64,000 bases of DNA from Alphaproteobacteria bacterium. GTDB taxonomy: Bacteria > Pseudomonadota > Alphaproteobacteria > MPNO01. Shown one piece after another: positions 48,272-59,390 of this stretch. The notes under the pieces are model-generated. The model did not search any database. It was given only the letters and a program-made list of their open reading frames with translations, and was not told where the DNA came from. Each line of letters starts with the position of its first letter. The first letter of the stretch is position 1. Position numbers and translations under genes: made by a program. The DNA is taken from contig CBDFLJ010000002.1 in NCBI GenBank assembly GCA_965248835.1, positions 960,001 through 1,024,000 of the forward strand, written 5' to 3'.

Positions 48272-49078
48272 ATGACGGATTCGATCGGCTGGCGGGCAAA
48301 CTGGGGGGTGATCGCGCCGTCGACCAACACCTCGGTCCAGCCCGAGTTTGACGACATGCGCCCGCGCGGCGTGACCAACCACCATGTCCGGATCTGGATC
48401 CCGGACGAGCCGGTCCATTCCGACGAGGACTTCAACCGGTTGATGGAAAACATCCGCCGCGAGTTCGACAACGCGATCCTGCGGGTGCTGACCTGCAACC
48501 CCGACTATATCGTGATGGGGATGTCGGCGGAGACCTTCTGGGACGGGCTCGCCAAGTCGATCGAGCTGCGCGAGCGAGTCAAGGAGCTCTCCGGGCTCAG
48601 CGTCGCGATGGGCTCCGATGCCTGCCAGGCCGCGCTGCGGTGCTACGGCGACATCAAGCGCATCGGCGTGCTTACGCCCTACTGGCCGGTCGGCGACAGG
48701 AACGTCCAGAAATTCTTCGAGGATTGCGGCTTCGAGGTCGTCGCCATCAAGGGGCTCAAATGCGAGAGCCCGGCGATGATCGCCCAGGTCACCGAGGACG
48801 AGCTGCGCGACGGGCTGGTCGAGCTCAACGCGCACGGCGTGGAAGCGCTGATCCAGTGCGGCACGAACCTCGCCATGGCGCGGCTCGCCGGCGAGGCGGA
48901 GAAGTGGCTCAACAAGCCGGTCATCGCCATCAACACCGCGACCTACTGGTATGCGATGCGCGCCAACGGCTACGACGACATCATCGAGGGGTTCGGCTCG
49001 CTGATGAGCGAGCACCGGACGCTGCCCGAAGCGTATCTGAACAGCAAGGCGGGCGAGGCCGCCAAGGCCGTCGCCTGA
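48272..49078 (+). CDS. Maleate isomerase/arylmalonate decarboxylase (Asp/Glu racemase superfamily) protein
   Basis: GVIAPSTNTSVQPE, IGVLTPY, QCGTNL, KPVIAINTA. Confidence 0.9.
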   Translation: MTDSIGWRANWGVIAPSTNTSVQPEFDDMRPRGVTNHHVRIWIPDEPVHSDEDFNRLMENIRREFDNAILRVLTCNPDYIVMGMSAETFWDGLAKSIELRERVKELSGLSVAMGSDACQAALRCYGDIKRIGVLTPYWPVGDRNVQKFFEDCGFEVVAIKGLKCESPAMIAQVTEDELRDGLVELNAHGVEALIQCGTNLAMARLAGEAEKWLNKPVIAINTATYWYAMRANGYDDIIEGFGSLMSEHRTLPEAYLNSKAGEAAKAVA

Positions 49079-49265
49079 ACCGGGTGCTCGGCGGCGAACG
49101 CAATTCGGCGTGCCGGAAACGGCCCAGGCTGCGGCAATTTGCTACATCCGGAGCAGCGCGGCCTCACCATATAGTGTAGTGCGGGCGATCGGGGCGTCCG
49201 TCCTTGTCACCCCGGCCCGCCTCGATGATAATGCGTCCGCTTCCGACCGAAAGGGACCTTATCCC

Positions 49266-49709
49266 GTGACCCGATTCCTGTGCATATTCTTCGTCTCCCT
49301 CGGACTGGTTCTTGGCGCCGCCGCGCCGGGCGCTCCAGTGATGGCGGCTGGCGATGCCGCGATGGCGGCCGGCGATGCCGCGAAGGGCAAGAAGGTCTTC
49401 CGCAAATGCCGGGCTTGTCACAAGCTGGTCGCGGGCAAGAAAGCGATCGGGCCCACACTGCATGCGATATTCGGCCGCAAGGCGGGCACGCTCGAGGGCT
49501 TCAAATATTCGAAGGACATGAAGGCCGCCGGCGAGAAAGGGCTGGTCTGGACCGACGAGACCTTCCTTGCCTACATGGCGAAGACGAAACGCTATATCGG
49601 GTCCTATATCGGCAAGAGAAGGGCCAAGACCCGCATGGCTTTCGCCGGGTTGAAAAAGAAGAAGGACCGACAGAACCTTCTGGCCTATCTCAGGGAAGCG
49701 ACCAAATAG
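49266..49709 (+). CDS. Periplasmic cytochrome c2-type protein, very basic
   Basis: Signal peptide, GDAAKGKKVFRKCRACH, IGPTLH, KTRMAFAGLK. Confidence 0.93.
   Translation: MTRFLCIFFVSLGLVLGAAAPGAPVMAAGDAAMAAGDAAKGKKVFRKCRACHKLVAGKKAIGPTLHAIFGRKAGTLEGFKYSKDMKAAGEKGLVWTDETFLAYMAKTKRYIGSYIGKRRAKTRMAFAGLKKKKDRQNLLAYLREATK
49341..49382 (+). repeat. 21-bp in-frame tandem duplication (MAAGDAA x2)
   Basis: atggcggctggcgatgccgcg / atggcggccggcgatgccgcg, 1 mismatch. Confidence 0.9.
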
Positions 49710-49725
49710 CGTCCCGCACGGGATC

Positions 49726-51348
49726 TCATCCCGGTTCGCCGCGCGCGGCCGATAGCGCTTCGGGCGTATCGACGTCGACCAGCACGCCGCCGTCCTCCAT
49801 AGCGACCTCGACGACCGACTCCACGTGCTCGCCGATCAGGTGGCGCGCGCCGGTATCGCCGGCAACCTGAGCCATCTCCTCGAAGAAGCGCCGGTGCCAG
49901 ACCACCGGGTTGCCGCGCTTGCCGTTATGGGTCGGCACACAGATCGCCGGCCGGTCGTGGGCGGCGAAGGCCTCGATCAGCCGATCGAGGTGGGCGGGCC
50001 TCACCCGCGGCATGTCGCCGAGACAGAACACCGCGCCATCGACATCCTCGGGAATGCCCGTGACCGCCGCCTGCAGCGAGCTGGCGAGCCCGCTGGCGTA
50101 GTTCGGATTGTGGACGAAGCGCACCGGGCGGTCGCCGACCGCATCACGCAGGCGTGCGGCCTCGTGACCGGTCACCACCACGACAGGATCGGCGCGGGAG
50201 GCCAAGATGGTCTCCACCGTGCGCACGATCATCGGCACCCCGTCGATCTCGGCCAGCAGCTTGTTGATCCGGCCCATCCGGCGGGATTGACCGGCGGCAA
50301 GCACGACGCCGGCAACCCGAGCCTCCGCGGGACCGGCGGCCGGTCCGCCCTCGCGCGGCTGAGGCCGGCTCGCGATCTCCTTCAACAGCCCGCCCACCCC
50401 CATTCCGGCGAGGTCGGCGCCGGTGACCGCCACGCCGGCGACCAGCCGCTGCAGCACCCAGTCGAAGCCGTGCAGCCGGGTCGAGCGCGCCGAGCCGGGA
50501 AGACCTAGGACATGCATCGCGCCCAGCCTGCCCAGCAGCGTCAGGTTGCCCGGATCGATCGGCATGCCGAGCCGGTCGATCGATCCGCCGGCCTGTTGCA
50601 CCGCCAGCGGGATCACGTCCCGCCGGTCGACAATGGCCGAAGCGCCCAGCACCAGGGCGATCGCGATCCCGTCGGCGCGAAAGGCCTCGAGCATCCGGGC
50701 GACCGCTTCCTCCTCATGGGCTGTCTGTTCGCAGCGGGCGAGCACCGCGCCCATCGGCGCAAGGCGGACGCGCGTGGCCTCGACGGTCTTTTGCGCAAGC
50801 CCCGGCTTGAGGCCCGGCAGCACGGTCTGGATGAGGCCGATCCGGCACGGCGCGAAGGCTGCGATCCGGACGACCGGCGCCTGGTCCCGCGCAATCGTCA
50901 TCGCCGCGTCCAGCACCGCGCCCGGCACGGCGAACGGGATGACCTTGACCGTCGCGGCGATCCCGCGCGCGGCGACCGGTTGGAACGGCGCGACGGTGGC
51001 GATGGTCAGCCTCTCATCGACGGCGTTGATCGCATCGATCGCCGAGCGGTCGAGGATCGCAAGACCCGGCGCGGCCGCCCGCAGGTTGGCGCGTCCGGTA
51101 AACGCCCGATCGAGCCTGAGCCCGGGCCCGATCACCGCGCCGGCGAGTCGGCCGGCAGCCTCGTTCTCACCGACGTCGCCGGGTTCGAGCCGCGCTGCGA
51201 TGACCGCTTCATGTCCCGCGCGTTCGAGCGCGGCGAGGTCGGCGGCGTCGATCACGTGGCCCTTCTTCAGGCTGCGCCCGGCAAGACGCATCGCATGGGC
51301 AAGCAGCGCGCCCTCAGCATCGGCCAGCCTGGTCAGGCCGAACTTCAC
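49726..51348 (-). CDS. Molybdopterin-binding domain fused to a MocA-like MCD cytidylyltransferase
   Basis: GTG start (MKFG); GMPIDPGNL in the N-domain; VLAAGQSRRMG..NKLL, LGDMP, GKRGNPV, GDTGAR, DVDTPE. Confidence 0.9.
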   Translation of the reverse strand: MKFGLTRLADAEGALLAHAMRLAGRSLKKGHVIDAADLAALERAGHEAVIAARLEPGDVGENEAAGRLAGAVIGPGLRLDRAFTGRANLRAAAPGLAILDRSAIDAINAVDERLTIATVAPFQPVAARGIAATVKVIPFAVPGAVLDAAMTIARDQAPVVRIAAFAPCRIGLIQTVLPGLKPGLAQKTVEATRVRLAPMGAVLARCEQTAHEEEAVARMLEAFRADGIAIALVLGASAIVDRRDVIPLAVQQAGGSIDRLGMPIDPGNLTLLGRLGAMHVLGLPGSARSTRLHGFDWVLQRLVAGVAVTGADLAGMGVGGLLKEIASRPQPREGGPAAGPAEARVAGVVLAAGQSRRMGRINKLLAEIDGVPMIVRTVETILASRADPVVVVTGHEAARLRDAVGDRPVRFVHNPNYASGLASSLQAAVTGIPEDVDGAVFCLGDMPRVRPAHLDRLIEAFAAHDRPAICVPTHNGKRGNPVVWHRRFFEEMAQVAGDTGARHLIGEHVESVVEVAMEDGGVLVDVDTPEALSAARGEPG

Positions 51349-52052
51349 GCCGCGGCGTGCTCCTTTTCGTGCAGCACCTGGGTGACCTGGCCGAGGATGG
51401 AGACCGCGATCTCGGCCGGCGAGACCGCGCCCAGAGACAGCCCGACGGGGCCGTGGATGCGCGCGATCTCGTCCTCGCCGAAACCTGCCTCCCTCAGCCG
51501 CTCGACCCGTGCGGCATGGGTCCGCCGGCTGCCCAGCGCGCCGATATAGAAGGCATCCGAGCGCAGCACCGCGGCAAGCGCGGGATCGTCGATCTTGGGA
51601 TCGTGGGTCAGCGTGACCACCGCCGTGCGCCGGTCGGCGTCGAGCGGCGGCAGCGCCTCGTCGGGCCATTCGTTGACCAGCGTGACCCCCGGGAAACGGT
51701 CGTCGGTGGCGAACGAGCCGCGCGGGTCGATCACCGTGACGTCGTAGCCCGAGACCGCGGCCATACGGGCCAGGGGCTGTGCGATATGGACGGCGCCGAC
51801 GATCAACATCCTGAGCGGCGGGTTGAAGACCTGGACGAACACGGTGCCGGCCTCGGTCTCGACCGTGGTGGATCTGTCGTCCCGGATCGCCGCGTCGATG
51901 GCCGCGCGCAGGCCGTCGTCGATCCCGACCGCGCCCTCGGCGCGGTCGGGATAGGCCAGCGTCTGCCCGCCGTTTTCGAGGTGGGTGACCAGCGCGAACT
52001 GACGCTTGGCCGCGCGGTGCTCCAGGAGCTGCTCGAGAATCGCGGTCTTCAT
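51345..52052 (-). CDS. XdhC/CoxF family Moco chaperone, C-terminal (Rossmann) part
   Basis: IVGAVHIAQ, TLTHDPKIDD, YIGALGSRRT, IHGPVGL, PAEIAVSI. Confidence 0.92.
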   Translation of the reverse strand: MKTAILEQLLEHRAAKRQFALVTHLENGGQTLAYPDRAEGAVGIDDGLRAAIDAAIRDDRSTTVETEAGTVFVQVFNPPLRMLIVGAVHIAQPLARMAAVSGYDVTVIDPRGSFATDDRFPGVTLVNEWPDEALPPLDADRRTAVVTLTHDPKIDDPALAAVLRSDAFYIGALGSRRTHAARVERLREAGFGEDEIARIHGPVGLSLGAVSPAEIAVSILGQVTQVLHEKEHAAA

Positions 52053-52382
52053 CTAGTCGAGCTTCTCGACATAGACCTGGACCTGGCCGCCGCAGGCGAG
52101 ACCGACTTCCCAGGCGTGCTCGTTGGTCACGCCGTAATCGAGGATCCTGGGCGTGCCGTCGGCCATGACCTCAAGCGCCTCGTGGATGACCGCGCCCTCG
52201 ATGCAGCCGCCGGAGACCGAGCCGACGAAGTTGCGGTCCGCATCGATCGCCAGATGGCTTCCGACCGGCCGCGGCGAGGAGCCCCAGGTCTTGATCACCG
52301 TTGCCAACGCCACCTCGCGGCCCTGGTTACGCCATGTCCGAGCTTCATTCAGCACGTCGTCATCTTTGGCCGGAGCGTTCAT
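52053..52382 (-). CDS. XdhC/CoxF family, N-terminal part
   Basis: TWGSSPRPVGS, GSVSGGCIE, VGLACGG. Confidence 0.92.
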   Translation of the reverse strand: MNAPAKDDDVLNEARTWRNQGREVALATVIKTWGSSPRPVGSHLAIDADRNFVGSVSGGCIEGAVIHEALEVMADGTPRILDYGVTNEHAWEVGLACGGQVQVYVEKLD

Positions 52383-53650
52383 GCCGAGAGCATCTGCAGC
52401 CATTCTTCCATTCCCTGTCTGCGCCGGCCGGCGGGGCGGCTGAGCGCGGTGATCAATTCGTCCAGACTCTGAAGATTGTGCACCGGCCGGAACTCGTCAA
52501 CATGGGGCAGCAGCGACCGGATGCCCTGCGAACGCGGCTCGAAGCCTTCGAAGCGCAGCAGCGGGTTGAGCCAGATCAACCGGCGGCACGACTTGTGGAG
52601 CCGCTCGACCTCCTCGGTCAGCCCGCGCCCGGCATCGCGGTCGAGCCCGTCGCTGATCAGGATCACCACCGCGCCCTGGCCGAGCACCCGGCGCGACCAG
52701 TGGCGGTTGAAAGCATTCAAGCTTTCGCCGATCCGGGTGCCGCCGGACCAGTCCTCGACCGCGGCCGTGATCTTCGTCACCGCGATGTCGACATCGCGGT
52801 AGCGCAGGAACCGCGCGACGTTGGTGAGCCTGGTGCCGAAGAGGAACGTGTGGACCCGGTCGCGGTCGTTGGTCAGCGTGTGCATGAAATGCAGGAACAT
52901 CCGGGTGTAGCGGCTCATCGATCCCGAGATGTCGCACAGGATGACCAGGGGCGGCGGGCGCCTGCGGCGCCGCCGCCATTTGAGCGGAATGCTCGCGCCG
53001 CCGGAGCGCAGCGCGGCCCTGAGCGTGGCCCGCATGTCCACCCGGCTGCGCCGCGGAGCCGGCTGGAACCGGCGGATCGGGACCTCGGCGATGGGCAGGT
53101 GCATCCGGGCGATCGCCGCCTTGGCGCGGGCGATTTCGTCTGCGGTCATCTCCTCGAAGTCCATCTCCTGGAGCAGCTCGTTGGCCGAGGCGGTCATCGC
53201 CGCATCGAGCTCGATCTCCTCCTCGCGCTCGCGTTCTTCGTCCGCCTTGTCGGAGTCGTCCTTCGGGGTCAGCGCATCGAGCAGCCGCCGGCTCGGCGGC
53301 TCGGCCTCGGGCGGAGGAGGGGCCTCGCCGGCCGGCAGGACGATCCCCATCATCCGCTCGAGGATCTTGGGGTCGCGCCAGAAGATGTGGAAGGCCTGGT
53401 CGAACAGCTCGTGCTGGTCACGCCGGTTGACGAACACCGCGTGCAGCGCCCAGTAGAAATCGGTCCGGTTCTTGAGCCCCACCTCGCGCACCGCGCCGAC
53501 GGCATCGAGAATCTTGCCGGTACCGACCGGCAGCCCGGCCGCACGAAGGATGCGGCCGAAATGCATCACGTTGGCGACCAGGCGGCTTCCTTCGAGCCCG
53601 CCCAGCAGGTCGAACGGGCTCGACGGCGCCACGTCGCCGTTGGCGGTCAT
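52379..53650 (-). CDS. coxE: VWA domain protein CoxE
   Basis: LCDISGSM (MIDAS), FLFGTRLT, DWSGGTRIG, ISDGLD, IWLNPLL. Confidence 0.93.
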   Translation of the reverse strand: MTANGDVAPSSPFDLLGGLEGSRLVANVMHFGRILRAAGLPVGTGKILDAVGAVREVGLKNRTDFYWALHAVFVNRRDQHELFDQAFHIFWRDPKILERMMGIVLPAGEAPPPPEAEPPSRRLLDALTPKDDSDKADEEREREEEIELDAAMTASANELLQEMDFEEMTADEIARAKAAIARMHLPIAEVPIRRFQPAPRRSRVDMRATLRAALRSGGASIPLKWRRRRRRPPPLVILCDISGSMSRYTRMFLHFMHTLTNDRDRVHTFLFGTRLTNVARFLRYRDVDIAVTKITAAVEDWSGGTRIGESLNAFNRHWSRRVLGQGAVVILISDGLDRDAGRGLTEEVERLHKSCRRLIWLNPLLRFEGFEPRSQGIRSLLPHVDEFRPVHNLQSLDELITALSRPAGRRRQGMEEWLQMLSA

Positions 53651-54570
53651 CTCTGGGCCTGGGCGAGCTGGGCCTTGACTTCGTTGAGGATCGCCGCGGC
53701 CTCGGAGCCGCGCACCTTCTCGATGTCGTCCTGATATTTGAGCAGCACGCCCAGCGTCGCGTTCACGGTATCGGGTTCGAGGTCGATCTTGTCGAGCTGG
53801 ACCAGCGCGTTGGTCCAGTCGATGGTCTCGGCCACGCCCGGCAGTTTGAACAGATCCTTGCTGCGCAGCTCCTGGACGAAGGCCACCACCTGGCGCGACA
53901 ACTCCTGGGCGACGCCCGGGACCTTGACGTTGAGAATCTCGAGCTCGCGCGCGGCATCAGGGTAGTCGACCCAGAAATAGAAGCACCGGCGCTTGATCGC
54001 ATCGTGGATCTCGCGCGTGCGGTTCGAGGTGACGATCACGATCGGCGGGTGCGGTGCGTGAATGGTGCCGATCTCCGGAATGGTGACCTGGAAGTCGGAC
54101 AGCACCTCGAGCAGAAAGGCCTCGAACGGCTCGTCGGTGCGGTCAAGCTCGTCGATCAGCAGCACTGGCGGAAGACCCGATATGTCGGGCTCGAGCGCCT
54201 GGAGCAGCGGCCGCTTGATCAGGAACCGCTCGGAGAAGATGCCCTCTTCGATCCGGTCGCGGTCGCGGTCGCCGGTCGCCTCGGCGATGCGGATGTCGAT
54301 CATCTGCAGGCTGTAGTTCCACTCGTAGACCGCGGATGCGACATCGAGTCCTTCGTAGCACTGCAGCCGGATCAGCCGCCGGCCGAGCGCCTCGGAGAGC
54401 ACCTTGCCGATCTCGGTCTTGCCGACGCCGGCCTCGCCTTCCAGGAACAGCGGCCGCGACAGCGTGAGCGACAGATAGAGCGCGGTCGCCAGAGACCGGT
54501 CCGCGACGTAGCGGCCCTTGGCGAGCATATCGACGACGTCGTCGACGGAGGCGGGTAGTGACGCGGTCAT
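53647..54570 (-). CDS. coxD: MoxR-type AAA+ ATPase CoxD
   Basis: LEGEAGVGKTE, RLQCYEGLD, LLIDELDR, TSNRTRE. Confidence 0.95.
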   Translation of the reverse strand: MTASLPASVDDVVDMLAKGRYVADRSLATALYLSLTLSRPLFLEGEAGVGKTEIGKVLSEALGRRLIRLQCYEGLDVASAVYEWNYSLQMIDIRIAEATGDRDRDRIEEGIFSERFLIKRPLLQALEPDISGLPPVLLIDELDRTDEPFEAFLLEVLSDFQVTIPEIGTIHAPHPPIVIVTSNRTREIHDAIKRRCFYFWVDYPDAARELEILNVKVPGVAQELSRQVVAFVQELRSKDLFKLPGVAETIDWTNALVQLDKIDLEPDTVNATLGVLLKYQDDIEKVRGSEAAAILNEVKAQLAQAQR

Positions 54571-54632
54571 GGCACACTCGTGATCCTGTGATCAACGGGT
54601 CGATCGATAACGGCAATCTCCCGGAAACGGGA

Positions 54633-54659
54633 CGGGGAGATCGACACCCGATCTCCCCG
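54633..54659. terminator. Perfect 11-bp hairpin between coxM and coxD
   Basis: cggggagatcg-acacc-cgatctccccg. Confidence 0.55.
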
Positions 54660-54704
54660 CATTGACTATCCCGCCGGGGCGGACCCGGCGCAACCGGTAA
54701 GGAC

Positions 54705-55502
54705 TCAGCCGTTGGCCTCGGCAACCGCCCGCTTGGCCATGATGGTGACCAGGTGCGCGCGGTATTCCGCGCTGGCGTGGATGTCGCTGTTGAGGTCGGC
54801 GTCGGGCACTTTGATGTCGGCCACCGCCTCGGGCGCGAAATTGCCGGACAAGGCCTGCTCCATCTCCGCGTTGCGGTGCACGCAGGCGCCCGCACCGGTT
54901 ACCGCCACACGCGGCCCGCCCGCGGTCTGGGCAACGAACACGCCGACGATGGCGTAGCGCGAGGCGGGGTTGGGAAACTTCATGTAGGCCGCCTTGGAGG
55001 GCACGGGGAAGCTCACCCCGGTGACCATCTCGTCGGGCTCGAGCGGGGTCTCGAACATCCCGGTGAAGAAGTCATCGCCGGCGATCTCGCGTTTGTTGGT
55101 GTGTACGGTGGCGCCGAGCCCGACCACCGCGGCCGGATAGTCGGCTGCCGGGTCGTTGTTGGCGATCGAGCCGCCGATGGTGCCGCGGTTGCGCACCTGT
55201 GGATCACCGATCCCGCCGGCGAGCTTGGCGAGCGCCGGGATCGCCTTTTGCACATCGGCCGAGGCGTTGACCGCCGCGTGGGTGGTCATGCCGCCGATGG
55301 TGACCCTGTCGCCGGAGACCGTGATGCCGACGAGGCTGTCGACGCCGGCGAGGTCCACCAGATCCGACGGGTTGGCAAGGCGCTGCTTGATCGTCGGGAT
55401 TAGCGTCATGCCGCCGGACAGGAACCGGCCGTCCTCGGCGCCGCCGACCGCGGCAACCGCGTCATCGACCGATGATGCCTTGCGGTAGTTGAAATCATAC
55501 AT
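54705..55502 (-). CDS. coxM: CoxM-like FAD subunit
   Basis: MYDFNYRK, LSGGMTLIP, IGDPQVRNRGTIGGS, NPASRYA, DIHASAEYRAHL. Confidence 0.93.
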   Translation of the reverse strand: MYDFNYRKASSVDDAVAAVGGAEDGRFLSGGMTLIPTIKQRLANPSDLVDLAGVDSLVGITVSGDRVTIGGMTTHAAVNASADVQKAIPALAKLAGGIGDPQVRNRGTIGGSIANNDPAADYPAAVVGLGATVHTNKREIAGDDFFTGMFETPLEPDEMVTGVSFPVPSKAAYMKFPNPASRYAIVGVFVAQTAGGPRVAVTGAGACVHRNAEMEQALSGNFAPEAVADIKVPDADLNSDIHASAEYRAHLVTIMAKRAVAEANG

Positions 55503-55534
55503 CGTCCAAAGACTCCTTGTTCGACGCCCCGGTC

Positions 55535-57904
55535 CTACGACGCCCTGGCGTTCTGGATGGCCTGCCAGACGTTGTTCGACGTCGCCGGCATATCGACATG
55601 GTTGATCCCGAACGGCGCCAGCGCGTTGACGACCGCGTTCATCACCGCAGCCGGCGCACCGATCGCGCCGATCTCGCCCACCCCTTTGACGCCCAAGGGG
55701 TTCATCGGGCACGGCGTGACGGTGTGGTCGAGGTCGAGGCTCGGCACGTCGTCGGCCCGCGGAAGCTGATAGTCCATCAGCGAGCCGGTCAGCGGCTGGC
55801 CGGAGTCGTCGAACACGACCTGCTCGCACAGGGCCTGGCCGATGCCGTGGACCACCCCGCCATGGACCTGTCCCTCGACGATCATCGGGTTGACGATGTT
55901 GCCGACGTCATCGACCGCGGTGAAGCGCTCGACCGCGACCGCGCCGGTCTCCGGGTCGATCTCGATCTCGCAGACATAAGCGGCATACGGGAAGTTGAAG
56001 TTGATCGGGTCGAAATAGGCCTGCTCGTCGAGCCCGGGTTCGAGCTCTTCCAGCGGGTAGTTGTGCGGCACGTAGGCCGCGAACGCGACCTCGCCGATCG
56101 AGGTCGACTTGTCGGTGCCCTTGACAGTAAAGGTGCCGCCCTCGAAGTCGATGTCCTCGACCGAGGCCTCCATCAGGTGGGCGGCGATCTTCTTGCCCTT
56201 GTCGATGATCTTGTCCATCGCCCGGTCGATCGCGCTGCCGCCGACCGACAGCGAGCGCGAGCCGTAGGTGCCCATGCCCATGGTCGACCGGTCGGTGTCG
56301 CCCTCGACGACCTCGACGTTCTCCAGAGGCACGCCGAGCTTGTCGGTAATGAGCTGGGCGAAGGTGGTCTCATGGCCCTGGCCGTGACTGTGGGTGCCGG
56401 CGAAAACGGTCACCGTCCCGGTCGCGTTGAAGCGGACCTGCGCGGACTCGTACAGCCCGGCGCGGGCGCCCAGGGCACCGGCGATGGCCGACGGTGCGGC
56501 GCCGGTTGCCTCGATCGGGGTGGCGATGCCGATGCCGCGCAGCTTGCCGGCGGACTCCGAGGCCTGCCTGCGCGCATCGAAGCCCGACCAATCGGATGCA
56601 TCGACCGCGATGTCCATGGTCTTTTCGTACTGGCCGGAATCGTAGAGCAAGGCCACCGGAGTCTGGTAGGGGAACGCATCGGCCGGGATCATGTTGCGCC
56701 GGCGGATCTCGACCGGATCGACGCCGGTGACGCGCGATGCCTCGTCGATGATGCGCTCCACCAGGTAGGTCGCCTCGGGCCGGCCCGCGCCGCGCAGCGC
56801 ATCGACCGGCGTGGTGTGGGTAAACACCGCCTTGACGTTGGTCCAGATCGCCGGCGTGGTGTACTGCCCGGCGAACAGGGTCGCGTAGAGATAGGTCGGG
56901 ACCAGCGGCGCGAAGGCCGACAGATAGGCACCCATATTCGCCGTCGTCAGCACCCTGAGGCCGGTGAATTTGGCATCGCCGTCGAGCGCGAGCTCGACCC
57001 TGGTGACATGGTCCCGTCCGTGGGTGTCGGTGATGAAGGATTCCGCGCGCTGGGCGGTCCAGCGGACCGGCCGCGCCAGCTTCCGCGCGGCCCAGCAGAC
57101 GATCGCGTATTCGCAATAAGGCGGGACCTTGGTGCCGAACCCGCCGCCGACATCGGGCGAGACGACCCGGAACTTGTGTTCCGGCTGATTGAGGACGAAG
57201 GCGCCGAGCAGCAGACGCATCGCATGCGCCGCCTGGGCGGTGCAATAAAGCGTCAGTTTGCCATCTCCCGGATTGTAGTCGGCGGCGGCGGCGCGCGGCT
57301 CCATCGGATGGGGCAGGATGCGCTGGTTGACCAACTCCAACGTGGCCACCGTCGCCGCACCTTCGAACGCGGCATCGGTCGTCGCCTTGTCGCCGAAGTC
57401 CCAGTCGAAGCAGAGGTTGTTTGCGGCCTCGGCGTGGACCTGCGGCGCGCCCGCATCGGCCGCGGTCGCGGTCGCAGCGGAGGCCGGCTGCGCCCGGTAG
57501 TCGACCGCGATCAGCGCCGCCGCATCGGCCGCCTGTTCGGCGGTCTCGGCGATCACCGCGGCGACGACCTCGCCGACATACCGTGCCGTGCCTTGGGCCA
57601 TGACCGGCCATTTGGGCTCGGCCATCGGAGTCTCGTCGTTGGACGTGATCCCCCAGCCGCACGGCATGCCGCCGATACCGTCGGCATCGGCGTCCGCACC
57701 GGTCAGCACCGTGACCACGCCCGGCGCCTTGGCGGCCGCGCTGGTGTCGATGCCGCCGATCCGCGCATGGGCGTGCGGCGAGCGCAGCATATGGGCGAAC
57801 AGCTCGCCCGGTTTCGTGTTGTCGTCGGTGTAGTTGCCGCGACCGGTCAGGAAGCGGAAGTCTTCCTTGCGCTTGACCGCCGCGCCGATTCCTCCCTCGC
57901 GCAT
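55535..57904 (-). CDS. coxL: Form II (putative) CoxL-like Mo hydroxylase large subunit
   Basis: [45 protein letters not shown]; S-L-M gene order. Confidence 0.92.
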   Translation of the reverse strand: MREGGIGAAVKRKEDFRFLTGRGNYTDDNTKPGELFAHMLRSPHAHARIGGIDTSAAAKAPGVVTVLTGADADADGIGGMPCGWGITSNDETPMAEPKWPVMAQGTARYVGEVVAAVIAETAEQAADAAALIAVDYRAQPASAATATAADAGAPQVHAEAANNLCFDWDFGDKATTDAAFEGAATVATLELVNQRILPHPMEPRAAAADYNPGDGKLTLYCTAQAAHAMRLLLGAFVLNQPEHKFRVVSPDVGGGFGTKVPPYCEYAIVCWAARKLARPVRWTAQRAESFITDTHGRDHVTRVELALDGDAKFTGLRVLTTANMGAYLSAFAPLVPTYLYATLFAGQYTTPAIWTNVKAVFTHTTPVDALRGAGRPEATYLVERIIDEASRVTGVDPVEIRRRNMIPADAFPYQTPVALLYDSGQYEKTMDIAVDASDWSGFDARRQASESAGKLRGIGIATPIEATGAAPSAIAGALGARAGLYESAQVRFNATGTVTVFAGTHSHGQGHETTFAQLITDKLGVPLENVEVVEGDTDRSTMGMGTYGSRSLSVGGSAIDRAMDKIIDKGKKIAAHLMEASVEDIDFEGGTFTVKGTDKSTSIGEVAFAAYVPHNYPLEELEPGLDEQAYFDPINFNFPYAAYVCEIEIDPETGAVAVERFTAVDDVGNIVNPMIVEGQVHGGVVHGIGQALCEQVVFDDSGQPLTGSLMDYQLPRADDVPSLDLDHTVTPCPMNPLGVKGVGEIGAIGAPAAVMNAVVNALAPFGINHVDMPATSNNVWQAIQNARAS

Positions 57905-57929
57905 CGATTCGCCTCCCGGGTCAAGGGCT

Positions 57930-58406
<477 letters not shown>

Positions 58407-58581
58407 CTGTGCCTCCTTGAGTCGGCCGGTGCCTCTGCCGGCCTCATCGATACCGAAAACCCTTCGCCAGGACGGGCGCGCGTATCGGGATCCCCCTTGC
58501 CCCCCGGTCCTTGTTGAGCGGCAGTATCCCGCCGAGCCCCGGGCAGGTCAAGGCATCGGGCCTTGCCCCGCCGCGATTTCC

Positions 58582-59166
58582 TCAGGCCAGCACGATGATC
58601 AAGACGACGACCACGATCGCCACCAGGCCGCCGATCCAGACCGCCGGGCTGAGCCCGCCGGTATCGGCGCCGGCCGCCGGAGGCGAGGCGGCGGGCTCCG
58701 GTTCGGCCGGTGCATCCGGCGCGGCGAGCTCGCCGACCGTTGCGGCGAATTTGCCGAAGAAGTCGTCGGCCATCTTGCGGGCCGTGGCATCGATCAGCCG
58801 CGAGCCGATCTGGGCGAGCTTGCCGCCGACGGTCGCATTGGCCGCGTAGGCGAGCACCGTCTCGCTGCCGTCCTCGGTGAGCGTGACCGAGGCGCCGCCC
58901 TTGGCGAAGCCGGCGACGCCGCCCTGACCCTCGCCGCTGATGGTGTAGCCGTTGGGCGGATCGATGTCCGAAAGCTGGACCTTGCCGGTGAACTTGGCCG
59001 AGACCGGGCCGACCTTGGAGGTGACCTTGGCGCTGAACTCGGTGTCGGAGGTCTTTTCCAGCTCCTCGCAGCCGGCGATGCACTGCTTGAGGATCGCCGG
59101 GTCGTTGAGTGCCTCCCAGACCCGCTCGCGCGGAGCGGAAATCCGGTATTCGCCGGTCATATCCAT
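58582..59166 (-). CDS. coxG: CoxG (SRPBCC/START domain with C-terminal membrane anchor)
   Basis: VWEALNDP, GGVAGFAKG, VGGKLAQIGSRLID, Pro/Ala linker, terminal TM helix. Confidence 0.93.
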   Translation of the reverse strand: MDMTGEYRISAPRERVWEALNDPAILKQCIAGCEELEKTSDTEFSAKVTSKVGPVSAKFTGKVQLSDIDPPNGYTISGEGQGGVAGFAKGGASVTLTEDGSETVLAYAANATVGGKLAQIGSRLIDATARKMADDFFGKFAATVGELAAPDAPAEPEPAASPPAAGADTGGLSPAVWIGGLVAIVVVVLIIVLA

Positions 59167-59390
59167 GGAACGCCTCCGGAGCCTGACGCGACAGGCTCGC
59201 TATCTGGTTGAATCGGCCCGAAAATAGGCGCTCGGCAACAAAGCGGCAAGAGTCTCGGCAATTCTCCTTTTGGCGTTGGGCGTCATATTCCAGGGTTTCA
59301 CGGCGGTTTTCGAAGGTATTGCGGTGGGGGATGCGGCAGGCGGTCGGGCCAGAGGTTCGGCATCGGCGACCTCTCGAAGCGTGGACGCGG

